Shown: one piece after another, positions 1 to 10,055 of the stretch
Layout: each line of letters opens with the position of its first letter
Position numbering within the stretch: the stretch's first letter is position 1
DNA from: Desulfotalea psychrophila LSv54
GTDB taxonomy: Bacteria; Desulfobacterota; Desulfobulbia; Desulfobulbales; Desulfocapsaceae
Reading direction: 5' to 3'
DNA: 32,000 bases
NCBI RefSeq assembly: GCF_000025945.1
Contig: NC_006138.1
Location: forward strand, 2,940,001 to 2,972,000
The notes under the pieces: generated by a model
Database searches by the model: none
What the model saw: the letters and a program-made list of their open reading frames with translations, nothing else
What the model was told of the DNA's origin: nothing
Position numbers and translations under genes: made by a program

Positions 1-1
1 C

Positions 2-688
2 AAGGAGACGGGCGATTGGCACAATGTCTGGGTTTCTGACATGCGTGGGGTGAAACAACCCACCATAACCATGGCACGCAGCGGCAGCATGAAGAGCAAC
101 AGCAAACAAATGAGTATTACCATCAAACTAACAGATGGCAGTCTGCACCGCCCCGAAGAGCAGGGGACTGAAATCATCACCTTCAAAGATTACACCATCA
201 ATATGCCGCTCGAAACCGGTGGAAAAAACATTTTTATGCTGCATAAGAGATTACTGTCCATGCCTGAGTTACTGGAACAGGCAAAAAGATGGGGCAATGA
301 ATCGAAAAAGCGAGGTAGAATCTATCTTATTGAATTTCACAAGCGCCTCATCCTCCCCATCGGTTGTCTGATGCTCAGCTTCCTGGCCCTGCCTCTAGGC
401 CTACAGGCACGACCAGGAAAAAAGGCAATCGGCATCCCGGTAGGACTCGGAATATTTATTGTTTACTATATCCTGCATACGGTTGGCAAAGAGCTTGCTG
501 AGGCAGGAACTGTACCCCTTATTCCTGCCCTATGGCTTCCCAATGTACTCTTTTTTCTCCTCGCTATCTTTTGGATTTATCGAGCCACAAATGAGAAGGG
601 ACTTTTTCCTACCAGGTGCTCTCTTTTTCTGACAAGACTCTTTTCCAGACTGAAGAGAAAAATAACCCGTCTCAAAAAAAATACCTAA
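2..688 (+). CDS. LPS export ABC permease of the LptF/LptG (YjgP/YjgQ) family, C-terminal part; the 5' end lies off the window
   Basis: The frame of the 41..688 ORF stays open back to nt 2 (KETGDWHNVWVSDMRG...), so the listed Met is not the true start. The C-terminal TM region (LIEFHKRLILPIGCLMLSFLALPLGL...GIPVGLGIFIVYYIL...LWLPNVLFFLLAIFWIY) is typical of LptF/LptG permeases. I cannot tell F from G. Confidence 0.8.
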   Translation, partial: KETGDWHNVWVSDMRGVKQPTITMARSGSMKSNSKQMSITIKLTDGSLHRPEEQGTEIITFKDYTINMPLETGGKNIFMLHKRLLSMPELLEQAKRWGNESKKRGRIYLIEFHKRLILPIGCLMLSFLALPLGLQARPGKKAIGIPVGLGIFIVYYILHTVGKELAEAGTVPLIPALWLPNVLFFLLAIFWIYRATNEKGLFPTRCSLFLTRLFSRLKRKITRLKKNT

Positions 689-697
689 GAGGCAAAG

Positions 698-2335
698 ATG
701 AAACTGTTTACCACCGAGCAGATGCGAAAGATCGACCATCAGGCCATCAACGATTACGGTATTCCCGGAGCAGTTTTAATGGAAAATGCGGGACGGGAGA
801 CAGTAGGTCTAATGCAACAAGCCCTGGGAACCTGCGCTAACAGCTTTATCCCAATCTTCATCGGCCCCGGCAACAACGGCGGTGATGGTTTTGTTGTTGG
901 CCGCCACCTCTATCAGCTAGGGGGAAGACCAATTTTCTTCCTCCTCTCCGACCCAGAAAAATACACGCCGGACAGTAAACTCAACTTTCATATAGCTGAA
1001 AAGACAGGCCTGCCCACCTACCCCCTCAAGAGCGACTCAGACTTCCGGCAACTGACTACCATCTGCCAGCAGGAACTTGGAGCAGGCAGAAGATGCTATG
1101 CCCTCGTTGATGCCCTCTTCGGCATTGGCCTCGATCGGGAGATAGGTGACCACTACGCCCGTATCATTAACCTGATTAACGCCCAACAGAGGGACCGGGC
1201 CCTGCCCCAGGCACCTGTTATCTCCTGTGACATGCCCTCGGGCATCCACACCGAGACAGGCGCTATCATGGGCGTGGCCATAGGGGCAGACCACACGGCA
1301 AGCTACAGTTTCGCTAAACCTGGTCAGATGCAGGGGGCAGGTGCATCTCTTGTTGGTGACCTGCATATCCTGGACATTGGTGCTCCCCGGCAAATAGCGG
1401 CGAAGATAGCCAACACATTTGCTACGACCGGCAGAGAGGATGCCTGTAAAACCCTGAAAACGATCCGGAGAGGCCCTCTTTCCCATAAAGGCAGTCACGG
1501 CCACCTCCTGATCGTTGCCGGCTCTCTTGGCATGACTGGGGCCGCCATACTCGCTTCCGAGGCCAGTTTAGCCATGGGTACGGGACTAACAAGCCTTGTC
1601 ACCACCAAAAGTCTCAATCCTATTTTTGAAATGCGCCTGGCCGAGGTGATTACCATCCCCCTCTCCGGCGAAGATAATTTTTTTACTGTCTCTCATTTTG
1701 AAAGAATATGTCAGGCTGCCATGGGCAAGAAGATAACGATTATTGGCCCGGGTATGGGAAATAACAGGACAAGTTTTGATCTGGTAAAAAAACTGTATCA
1801 AAACCTGAAGCTACCAATGCTCATCGATGCCGATGGCCTCAATGCCCTAGCCACTGAAAGAGGCCTCTTAACAAAAGCTGCCGGACCACGCATCTTCACC
1901 CCCCATCCTGGAGAAATGGCCCGGCTCCTCGACATCTCCACTGAAGAAGTAGAAGCAGACAGAGCAGCCGCGGTAGAAAAATTTATGCATATTTTCAGCG
2001 AAGTGAAGGTAGATATTGTCCTCCTCCTCAAGGGAGCGGCAACCCTGATCAGGGGAAAGAGAGGGCCACTTTTTATAAACTGCACAGGAAATAGCGGCAT
2101 GGCCACTGGCGGAATGGGAGATGTCTTAGCGGGAATGATTGCAGGCCTTATCGCTCAGGGACTGGACCCAATGGATGCCACCAAACTTGGCGCCTACCTA
2201 CACGGTATGGCTGGAGATAAGCTACGAGAGACAAGGGGTATTGGCTTCACGGCAAGCGAACTTGCCAAAACAATTCCCCTCTGTCGTAAAGAACTGGAAG
2301 AGACGAAAAACCCAAGCAAGACTACCAGACAATAG
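698..2335 (+). CDS. nnr: Bifunctional NAD(P)H-hydrate repair enzyme Nnr (YjeF N-terminal epimerase plus C-terminal ADP-dependent dehydratase)
   Basis: 545 aa. The N-terminal part carries the GPGNNGGDGFVVGRHL motif of the YjeF_N domain. The C-terminal carbohydrate-kinase-like domain carries HKGSHGHLLIVAGS...GPGMG...GGMGDVLAGMIAGLIAQG. Confidence 0.9.
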   Translation: MKLFTTEQMRKIDHQAINDYGIPGAVLMENAGRETVGLMQQALGTCANSFIPIFIGPGNNGGDGFVVGRHLYQLGGRPIFFLLSDPEKYTPDSKLNFHIAEKTGLPTYPLKSDSDFRQLTTICQQELGAGRRCYALVDALFGIGLDREIGDHYARIINLINAQQRDRALPQAPVISCDMPSGIHTETGAIMGVAIGADHTASYSFAKPGQMQGAGASLVGDLHILDIGAPRQIAAKIANTFATTGREDACKTLKTIRRGPLSHKGSHGHLLIVAGSLGMTGAAILASEASLAMGTGLTSLVTTKSLNPIFEMRLAEVITIPLSGEDNFFTVSHFERICQAAMGKKITIIGPGMGNNRTSFDLVKKLYQNLKLPMLIDADGLNALATERGLLTKAAGPRIFTPHPGEMARLLDISTEEVEADRAAAVEKFMHIFSEVKVDIVLLLKGAATLIRGKRGPLFINCTGNSGMATGGMGDVLAGMIAGLIAQGLDPMDATKLGAYLHGMAGDKLRETRGIGFTASELAKTIPLCRKELEETKNPSKTTRQ

Positions 2336-2978
2336 GTTCTAAGCCATGTTCGCCGAGATATTCATTACAGCGAACAAAAACATCGGAGCCGAGAAATCCC
2401 CTATAGGCCGAGAGCGGGGAGGGATGACTGGTGCTAAGAAGGCAGTGTCTCTTACCATCAATAAGCGACTGTTTCTTTTGAGCAAAGGCACCCCAGAGCA
2501 TAAAAACCACATGCTCTTTTTGGCGTGAGATCGTCTCTATGATGTCATCGGTCAAACTATGCCAGCCAAGTCGGGCATGAGAATTTGCCCGGCCAGCAAC
2601 AACAGTAAGACTTGCATTCAACAGCAACACACCCTGTTGCGCCCAGCGACTCAGATCAGAATTAAACCTCTTATCACTCTCTCCATAAACGCTTGAGCCA
2701 ATCTCCTTAAAGATATTGCGCAGAGATGGTGGCACAGGCTGACCCTGCCGAACCGAAAAGCAGAGCCCATGGGCCTCCGGTCCCAAATCACGCTCATTAA
2801 AATAGGGATCTTGACCAATTATCACCACCCGGGTCTCGGAAAACGAAGTCTTCTCCAGGGCGGCAAAGAGATCAACTTTATGAGGAAAAACCTTCTCGCC
2901 ACCACCATAGGCCTTCTCCGCCAACTCTCTATGGTAGCCCAAGCTCAAAAGCGGAACCATCTCCTCCCAAGATTCCAT
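2322..2978 (-). CDS. ung: Uracil-DNA glycosylase, family 1
   Basis: Family-1 UNG motifs are present: VVIIGQDPYF, HGLCFSV, LLLNASLTV, HPSPLSA. The 3' end overlaps the convergent nnr 3' end by 14 nt. The ATG overlaps the upstream stop codon (ATGA). Confidence 0.92.
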   Translation of the reverse strand: MESWEEMVPLLSLGYHRELAEKAYGGGEKVFPHKVDLFAALEKTSFSETRVVIIGQDPYFNERDLGPEAHGLCFSVRQGQPVPPSLRNIFKEIGSSVYGESDKRFNSDLSRWAQQGVLLLNASLTVVAGRANSHARLGWHSLTDDIIETISRQKEHVVFMLWGAFAQKKQSLIDGKRHCLLSTSHPSPLSAYRGFLGSDVFVRCNEYLGEHGLEPIVW

Positions 2979-4171
2979 CAGGCCATCCTCGTCAACTTAC
3001 TGCTCAAATGAAAGGAGTAGACCAATTGCACTATCTCCTCTACTGTTTTTTCCGCCAAGGTAAATTTACTCCCCACGGCCTGAGCCGTATCAGCATAGAG
3101 ACAGGATGCCTCCCGAAGAACAACAGCGCTACCCCCGTTTTTCACCAACTGGCCAACGCCACGTAGAGAATCCCCGCCAAGGGCTGACAAAACAACCACC
3201 GCAGATTTCTTTCTAAAGACCTTGCTCACCGAGGCTATCATAACGTCCATGGGACCAATACCCGGGGCAAGTTCTGCCAGCTGCTCTAATTTCAAAGAGG
3301 TGCCGGAGGATCTTAGGCAGATTCTCTCAGCAGAGGCGGCTACATAACAGTTACCACCAGCAACAGAGATACCATCGACCGCCCTCTGCACAGGCAGGGG
3401 ACTCATCGACGCCAAATAGTGGGTAAAGGAATCAACAGAGACAATGGGGGCGTCTATTACACAAATAATAGACCCTGGCATTTTCTGGGACAGATTAGGA
3501 ATAATATCCAAAAGATTGGCAAAGGAACTGCCATCACCAACCAGCACCGTGGCAAAATTATTAAAGATATGTCTCTCATCTTTTCCGAACAGTATCAAAT
3601 CGTCACACTGAGAGCAAACAATGGCACCACCCTCTAGCAGATCATCAACAAGCACCTGACGATGGCCGCAATCTTCACAAAAGACCACATCACTGGCCTT
3701 CCCCAAACTATGAAGATAAGATTGGGGTTCAAAACCCCTTCGAGGAGCAATCGTCATCCCGGAGGCAGCAAGAATTTTCCCAAGCAGGACCTGCCTGCTC
3801 TCGCCTGGATCTGGCAGAGAGAGCAGAGCCCCCTTAGCCATAAAATCAACCGCCCCCACCTTCAGGGCATCAAAGAACCTATACCCACTCTCCTCGGCAA
3901 GTTCAGAAAGAGCAATAACAGGAAGGGGATGATGTGAGAGTAGATGCCCCAGAGCTGTAAGCCCATCCATATAGGGCATTTCAAGGTCCATCAAGACCAC
4001 ATCAGGAGGAGAGGAGAGCACCTGCCCCAGGGCCTCAAGGCCATTACCTGCCTCAACAACCTTATCTATTACCGGGGAGGTCTCTAAAAAGGCCTTTATC
4101 TGTTTGCGAAATATGGGCGAGTCATCAACCAATAAAACCGAGATTTTATCTAAATTACTTTCCGTAGGCAC
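2978..4171 (-). CDS. Response regulator made of a CheY-like receiver, a CxxC...CxxC zinc ribbon and a CheB-methylesterase-like domain with a degenerate active site
   Basis: The receiver domain is intact: LLVDDSP, the phospho-acceptor context VVLMDLEMPYMDG, VIALS, and FMAKG. The linker carries FCEDCGHRQV...VCSQCDD. The C-terminal part aligns by eye with the CheB catalytic domain (VGDGSSF versus IGASTGG; CVIDAP versus TQHMPP; LGGDS versus GMGNDG; EASCLY versus EASCVV). It has a GTG start with a weak SD. Confidence 0.75.
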   Translation of the reverse strand: MPTESNLDKISVLLVDDSPIFRKQIKAFLETSPVIDKVVEAGNGLEALGQVLSSPPDVVLMDLEMPYMDGLTALGHLLSHHPLPVIALSELAEESGYRFFDALKVGAVDFMAKGALLSLPDPGESRQVLLGKILAASGMTIAPRRGFEPQSYLHSLGKASDVVFCEDCGHRQVLVDDLLEGGAIVCSQCDDLILFGKDERHIFNNFATVLVGDGSSFANLLDIIPNLSQKMPGSIICVIDAPIVSVDSFTHYLASMSPLPVQRAVDGISVAGGNCYVAASAERICLRSSGTSLKLEQLAELAPGIGPMDVMIASVSKVFRKKSAVVVLSALGGDSLRGVGQLVKNGGSAVVLREASCLYADTAQAVGSKFTLAEKTVEEIVQLVYSFHLSSKLTRMA

Positions 4172-4215
4172 TTTTATTCTCAGGGTAGAAGGGGAGAGGA
4201 CTCATGAAAATATCG

Positions 4216-4851
4216 TTAATATAACCCATGCTTCATTATATAATCAGCCACCGTTGGCGGTAATTTCTGATAAAGATCACCCGATTTTTCAAAAGTTCGA
4301 CGCACCTCCGTCGAAGAGACCTGATCGGGAGCACCCTCAAGCTCATACAGGGTAAGATAGGAGCTATGCTCCCAACCCAAAGGGGTCTGGACAAAACCAA
4401 GCTCTGTCAAAAACAGAACTGTCTGCGTTCTGGAAAAAAGCTTTCGAGGACATAAAATAAAATTTATCTCTGATAAGAGATCTCGATACGCCTTCCAGGT
4501 TTTCAACTCTATAAAGGCGTCCACACCGATAAGAAAAAAGAACTGAGCTTCACTCTTATAGAGGGGGGAGGTCTTGAGGGCCTGGAGGGTATCAACGGTA
4601 TAACTTGGTCGAGCCAGATCCTGCTCGATGGTGTTACAGGAAAAACGCTTGTTACGGGAACAGGCAAGACGTATCATCTCTGCCCGGTGGGAAAACGGCA
4701 CAATTTCATCCCCCTTTTTATGGGGTGGAGATGCCGCAGGCAAAAAAACAACCTGATCCAACTGGCACTGGGCTGCTGCAAATTCAGCCAACTGCAGATG
4801 TCCATTATGGAGAGGATTAAAGGTTCCCCCAAAAAGGCCTATCTTTTTCAT
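4216..4851 (-). CDS. nadD: Nicotinate-nucleotide adenylyltransferase
   Basis: MKKIGLFGGTFNPLHNGHL is the (H/T)xGH nucleotidyltransferase motif at the N-terminus. I prefer the ATG at 4851 over the TTG at 4866 used by the ORF track. It sits downstream of proA, as in many bacteria. Confidence 0.9.
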   Translation of the reverse strand: MKKIGLFGGTFNPLHNGHLQLAEFAAAQCQLDQVVFLPAASPPHKKGDEIVPFSHRAEMIRLACSRNKRFSCNTIEQDLARPSYTVDTLQALKTSPLYKSEAQFFFLIGVDAFIELKTWKAYRDLLSEINFILCPRKLFSRTQTVLFLTELGFVQTPLGWEHSSYLTLYELEGAPDQVSSTEVRRTFEKSGDLYQKLPPTVADYIMKHGLY

Positions 4852-4912
4852 TTTTTTCCACAACAAGAAAACATTGGCTCCTGCCCTTTCCCGACAAGAG
4901 CCATTTCAAATA

Positions 4913-6169
4913 CTAGCTACGTATCTGCCCATCACCCAATATCACAAATTTTTTCGTCGTCAGCTCTTCAAGTCCCATGGGACCATAGGCATGCAACTTT
5001 GTGGTACTGATACCAATTTCTGCGCCCAAACCGAGTTCTCCACCATCATTAAATCTGGTGGAAGCATTAACCACAACGGCTGAGGCATCCACCTCGGCAA
5101 CAAATCTATGGGCGGTGGTATAGTTCTCAGTAATAATCGCCTCGGTATGCTGAGATCCATATTTCCTGATATAGCTCTTGGCATCCTCAAAGGAGCGAAC
5201 CACCTTGACACAGAGACAGAGGCGCAAAAACTCTGTTCCCCAGTCCTCTTCAGAGGCAGCTACAATATGCTCAGAAAAGGGCAGGCTCTGTGAACAACCA
5301 CGCATCTCAACCCCAAGCTCTGCCAACTCTGTAGCAAGACCAGGCAGCACATCCGCCACAATATCCTCGTGAATCAAAATGCCCTCAAGGGCATTACACA
5401 CGCCGGGACGTTGCGTCTTGGCATTGATAACAATGGGCGCTACCTTGGCAAGATCTGCGTCTTTATCAATGTAAGCATGACAGACGCCTTTGTAATGTTT
5501 AAGAACGGGAATAGAAGAATTCTTACTGACAAAACGAATAAGCCCCTCACCACCCCGGGGAATAACAAGGTCAATGGAATCCTCAAGCCCCAGCATAATG
5601 GTAATAGCCTCTCGATCGATCATGGGGATAACCTGGACGCTGTCAGGATTGACCTCAGCCTCTTCAAGGGCCCGACGGAGAATACTTGCCAGGGCCAGAT
5701 TGGAGTGAATGGCCTCGGAGCCACCACGGAGAATAATGGCATTACCTGCCTTGAGGCAGAGGGCAGCCGCATCAATGGTCACATTAGGACGCGACTCATA
5801 GATCATGGCAATAACCCCCAAGGGGACACACATTCGGCCAACACTCAGGCCATTGGGCCGTTTTACTGAGCCGAGGGTCCGACCTACGGGATCGGGCAGG
5901 GCAATAACCTCTTTCAGCCCCTTGACCATTGACTCTATCACAGAATCCGTGAGGGCAAGGCGATCAAGCATAGCATCGGAAAGCCCCTTTTCTCTGCCAG
6001 CGGCAAGGTCTTTTTCATTTTCTTCCTGCAAAAAGGCCTTCTCTGCCACAAGTAATTCGCCCACCTGGGAAAGCACCGCATCTTTTTGGCGAGTAGCCAA
6101 GGACATCAGATCCGCCGCGGCCGCCTTTGCCCGAACACCAACTTCGACAATAGTTTCTTCCAGAGTCAT
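4913..6169 (-). CDS. proA: Gamma-glutamyl phosphate reductase
   Basis: 418 aa aldehyde-dehydrogenase-fold protein with ProA-type blocks (IYESRPNVT, AIILRGGSEA, VCNALE, HTEAIIT, VNASTRFNDGGE). Confidence 0.95.
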   Translation of the reverse strand: MTLEETIVEVGVRAKAAAADLMSLATRQKDAVLSQVGELLVAEKAFLQEENEKDLAAGREKGLSDAMLDRLALTDSVIESMVKGLKEVIALPDPVGRTLGSVKRPNGLSVGRMCVPLGVIAMIYESRPNVTIDAAALCLKAGNAIILRGGSEAIHSNLALASILRRALEEAEVNPDSVQVIPMIDREAITIMLGLEDSIDLVIPRGGEGLIRFVSKNSSIPVLKHYKGVCHAYIDKDADLAKVAPIVINAKTQRPGVCNALEGILIHEDIVADVLPGLATELAELGVEMRGCSQSLPFSEHIVAASEEDWGTEFLRLCLCVKVVRSFEDAKSYIRKYGSQHTEAIITENYTTAHRFVAEVDASAVVVNASTRFNDGGELGLGAEIGISTTKLHAYGPMGLEELTTKKFVILGDGQIRS

Positions 6170-6378
6170 ACTTCCCTCACATCTCTATTATGGGAACCTT
6201 GAAAAATATCCCTTCCTGCAAATCTCTACATGAGATGATTTTTATCCTCGCAGGTAAGCATAGACTCCGATATTAGAGTCAGTGGTAAATATCATCTGCC
6301 TCGCAGTCAGGGCTTAGCTGATCTTTATCGAAATTACCAATTTTTCAAACTACCCTTATTTTAATAAGGATCTGCTAC

Positions 6379-7530
6379 TTAAGACAGAATAACTAAATTA
6401 TCCCGATGGATAACCTCCTCGTTATCACAGCACTTCAACACAGAGGCTATCTCCCTTGACTGCAATCCCTTAATGGCGTTCACATCCACCGAGGCGTAGT
6501 TCACCAAACCGACGGCAATTCTACTCCCATCGAGACGACAGCAATTCACAGAATCACCTCGATCAAATTCACCGGAGATACCAACAATACCGGAGGGGAG
6601 CAAACTCTTACCACCCTGCAACAGGGCCTTACAGGCCCCGGCATCAAGCAAAAGAGTCCCCTTTGGCTTAAGCACATGAGCAATCCACTGTTTTTTGCTC
6701 TTCATCCGTTCTTTGCAGGGAAGAAAAATGGTACCGATATCCTCCCCGGCAAAAAGACGCTGTAACACTCTCGGAGCACGACCAGGACCTATTATCGCCG
6801 TCCCACCACCTGAAAAAACAATCTTGGCGGCACGTATTTTACTCTGCATGCCTCCAGTGCCAAAAAGGCTATTACTATTCCCCGCCATTGCCTCAATCTC
6901 TGGACTGATCTTTGTGACAATATGCAGGGGACGAGCTGTCGGATCTTTCTGGGGATTTTTGTCATAGAGGGCATCTACATCTGTCAGACATATGCAGATA
7001 TCGGCTTCAAGCAGGTTGGTCAATAGAGCAGCCAGGGTATCATTATCACCAAACTTTAACTCTTCAACCGAGACAGTATCATTTTCATTAATGATAGGGG
7101 TAACACCAAACTTAAGCAGGGTAAGAATGGTATTACGTATATTGAGATAGCGGTCCCGGTGAGAAAGATCGGCATGGGTAAGCAGGATCTGGGCCACATC
7201 CAGCTCGTAAAAGCCAAAGGCCTCTTCGTAGGTCCTCATCAAATGAGATTGACCAATGGCGGCAAGGGCCTGCTTTTCTTTCATGCCCAGCGGGGCACTA
7301 TCCTGCCAAGAAATTTTTTTACGTCCCGCAGCAACAGCCCCGGATGACACCAAAATAACCTCATGTCCGCTTTGGCGGAGATAAGAAATTTCCCGGGCAA
7401 GATCTGCAATAAAACTTGTATGAATGCCACCGACATTAGTTAAGATTGCACTGCCAACCTTAACAACTACCCTACGAGCCTTGTCAAATATCTCTCGACG
7501 AAGCTGCAACTCCTCTGTAACGTCCACCAT
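6379..7530 (-). CDS. proB: Glutamate 5-kinase with a C-terminal PUA domain
   Basis: Amino-acid-kinase N-terminus (VVVKVGSAILT, VILVSSGAVAAG, PIINENDTV, FGDNDTLAA) plus a PUA-like C-terminus. I prefer the ATG at 7530. A GTG at 7533 that overlaps the obg stop is also possible. Confidence 0.93.
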   Translation of the reverse strand: MVDVTEELQLRREIFDKARRVVVKVGSAILTNVGGIHTSFIADLAREISYLRQSGHEVILVSSGAVAAGRKKISWQDSAPLGMKEKQALAAIGQSHLMRTYEEAFGFYELDVAQILLTHADLSHRDRYLNIRNTILTLLKFGVTPIINENDTVSVEELKFGDNDTLAALLTNLLEADICICLTDVDALYDKNPQKDPTARPLHIVTKISPEIEAMAGNSNSLFGTGGMQSKIRAAKIVFSGGGTAIIGPGRAPRVLQRLFAGEDIGTIFLPCKERMKSKKQWIAHVLKPKGTLLLDAGACKALLQGGKSLLPSGIVGISGEFDRGDSVNCCRLDGSRIAVGLVNYASVDVNAIKGLQSREIASVLKCCDNEEVIHRDNLVILS

Positions 7531-7532
7531 CA

Positions 7533-8657
<1,125 letters not shown>

Positions 8658-8723
8658 TCATCCTAAAGTTACAAAGTCCCTTAGTTACAGAAGCGATCTG
8701 CAGGGAGACAGTGAATAAAGTAC

Positions 8724-8762
8724 AAAAAAAAACTCGACCTTCAATACACATTGAGGTCGAGT
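8724..8762 (-). terminator. Rho-independent terminator after rpmA
   Basis: On the minus strand the sequence reads aaactcgacctcaatgtgtattgaaggtcgag followed by a run of 9 T. The stem is ctcgacc(t)tcaat / attga-ggtcgag. Confidence 0.8.
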
Positions 8763-8811
8763 TTCAATCTATCTTCCCGCCCATTGGCAGCAAAATACAA
8801 AAGCTGTAAAA

Positions 8812-9072
8812 CTATTCGGCGGCAGGATAAACGCTTACACGTTTTTTATTCTTACCGAAATCTTCAAACTTCACCACGCCGTCAATTTTTGCAAATAGAG
8901 TGTAGTCACGACCACATCCTACGTTGGTTCCCGGATGAACTTTTGTTCCGAGTTGGCGAATCAGGATGTTACCTGATCTTACTGGCTCGCCACCAAATTT
9001 TTTAACGCCACGTCGTTGGCCGGCACTGTCACGACCGTTTCTGGAACTACCACCTGCTTTCTTATGAGCCAT
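8812..9072 (-). CDS. rpmA: 50S ribosomal protein L27
   Basis: [28 protein letters not shown]... is the canonical L27 N-terminus. Confidence 0.97.
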   Translation of the reverse strand: MAHKKAGGSSRNGRDSAGQRRGVKKFGGEPVRSGNILIRQLGTKVHPGTNVGCGRDYTLFAKIDGVVKFEDFGKNKKRVSVYPAAE

Positions 9073-9119
9073 TTTTTACTCCTTTCAAACAGCGTAAAAC
9101 ACTTTACTATATTTAAAAT

Positions 9120-9431
9120 TTAGGCAGAAATTTCTTCAATTTTCAAGGCAGTATAGGACTGACGATGTCCCTGCTTCAAGCGATAACCCTTACGACGCTT
9201 CTTTTTGAAAATAATGATTTTCTTACCACGTCCCTGCTCTGCAATCTTAGCAACAACCTTAGCATTCTCAAGAACAGGCTGACCTACTTGAACGTTATCA
9301 CCATCTACCAACATCAAAACGTCTGTCAAATCGAGACTATCACCAACATTTCCTTCAAGCTTCTCAACGCGAAGCTGATCGCCACACGCAACTTGATACT
9401 GCTTTCCACCTGTACGTACTATCGCATACAT
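9120..9431 (-). CDS. rplU: 50S ribosomal protein L21
   Basis: MYAIVRTGGKQYQV... is the canonical L21 start, with its ATG at 9431. The 32 extra N-terminal codons in the ORF track are an upstream in-frame extension. Confidence 0.95.
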   Translation of the reverse strand: MYAIVRTGGKQYQVACGDQLRVEKLEGNVGDSLDLTDVLMLVDGDNVQVGQPVLENAKVVAKIAEQGRGKKIIIFKKKRRKGYRLKQGHRQSYTALKIEEISA

Positions 9432-9495
9432 TATATATAACCTCATAAATTGAAATTGCGTTTCAACGAAAACTGTTAGATTTGTAAAGGGGACA

Positions 9496-9524
9496 ATAAA
9501 ACCAACTTTCCCTGACAATGTCAA
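9496..9524 (-). promoter_or_regulatory. Putative sigma70 promoter of rplU-rpmA
   Basis: On the minus strand there is TTGACA (9524-9519), a 17-nt spacer and TTTTAT (9501-9496). An A/T-rich tract (aaaaaaaaattgatttg) lies upstream. The element is about 65 nt upstream of the rplU ATG. Confidence 0.5.
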
Positions 9525-9605
9525 CACAATTCAACGTGTTTATGCCGACAAATCAATTTTTTTTTACAAATTTCGCAAAAACAGTCCGATCAACAATTCT
9601 TACAC

Positions 9606-10055
9606 TTAAATGGCTGAATTCTCAAGACGGGATTTTTCTTTTTCCTGGCGAATTGCACAGGCACGAGCGAAGGCTTCCTTCTTACCATGCTTAGCAATAG
9701 AAACAGAAGTTTTGCCCTGCTTTCCACTGGATGTCACCCAGCTCACCTCATACCGACCAAGCTTGTCATTAAGTCGTACGCCAACAACACCTGTACTGGA
9801 ATTGCTTACAGTAACCATATGTTTATTGGTCCGCACCTTACCCAATTTTTTTTCGGTCTGATCGCGCCAAGCAATTGCCAATAAGAGACTTGAGGCCCGG
9901 CCACCACACTTACGGTCAGAAAAGAACTTCGAATGAGTTTTACCAAGAAAGCGCACACGTACATACCAGCCATGGGTACGCTTAGATTCCTGATCAATTC
10001 GAGCAACGTCTTTATGCTTTTCAAGCAGTACTTTTTGTTTCTTCTCTTCTTTCAT
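9606..10055 (-). CDS. Stand-alone DNA-binding protein with two AP2/ERF-like (integrase-type) domains; function unknown
   Basis: 149 aa counted from the ATG at 10055. Unit 1 is RIDQESKRTHGWYVRVRFLGKTHSKFFSD...LLLAIAWRD. Unit 2 is STGVVGVRLNDKLGRYEVSWVTSSGKQGKTSVSIAKHGKKEAFARACAIR. Each shows the three-strand-plus-helix AP2 pattern (G-V/W-x-hydrophobic strand, GK, helix with A..A..R). No nuclease or integrase domain is attached. Confidence 0.7.
   Translation of the reverse strand: MKEEKKQKVLLEKHKDVARIDQESKRTHGWYVRVRFLGKTHSKFFSDRKCGGRASSLLLAIAWRDQTEKKLGKVRTNKHMVTVSNSSTGVVGVRLNDKLGRYEVSWVTSSGKQGKTSVSIAKHGKKEAFARACAIRQEKEKSRLENSAI

Noticed and set aside
9432-9527. A 32-codon N-terminal extension of the L21 ORF in the ORF track (MLTLSGKVGF...).
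   Set aside because: Canonical L21 starts at MYAIVRTGGKQYQV (ATG at 9431). The extension runs through the predicted rplU promoter and leader and is just an open upstream frame.
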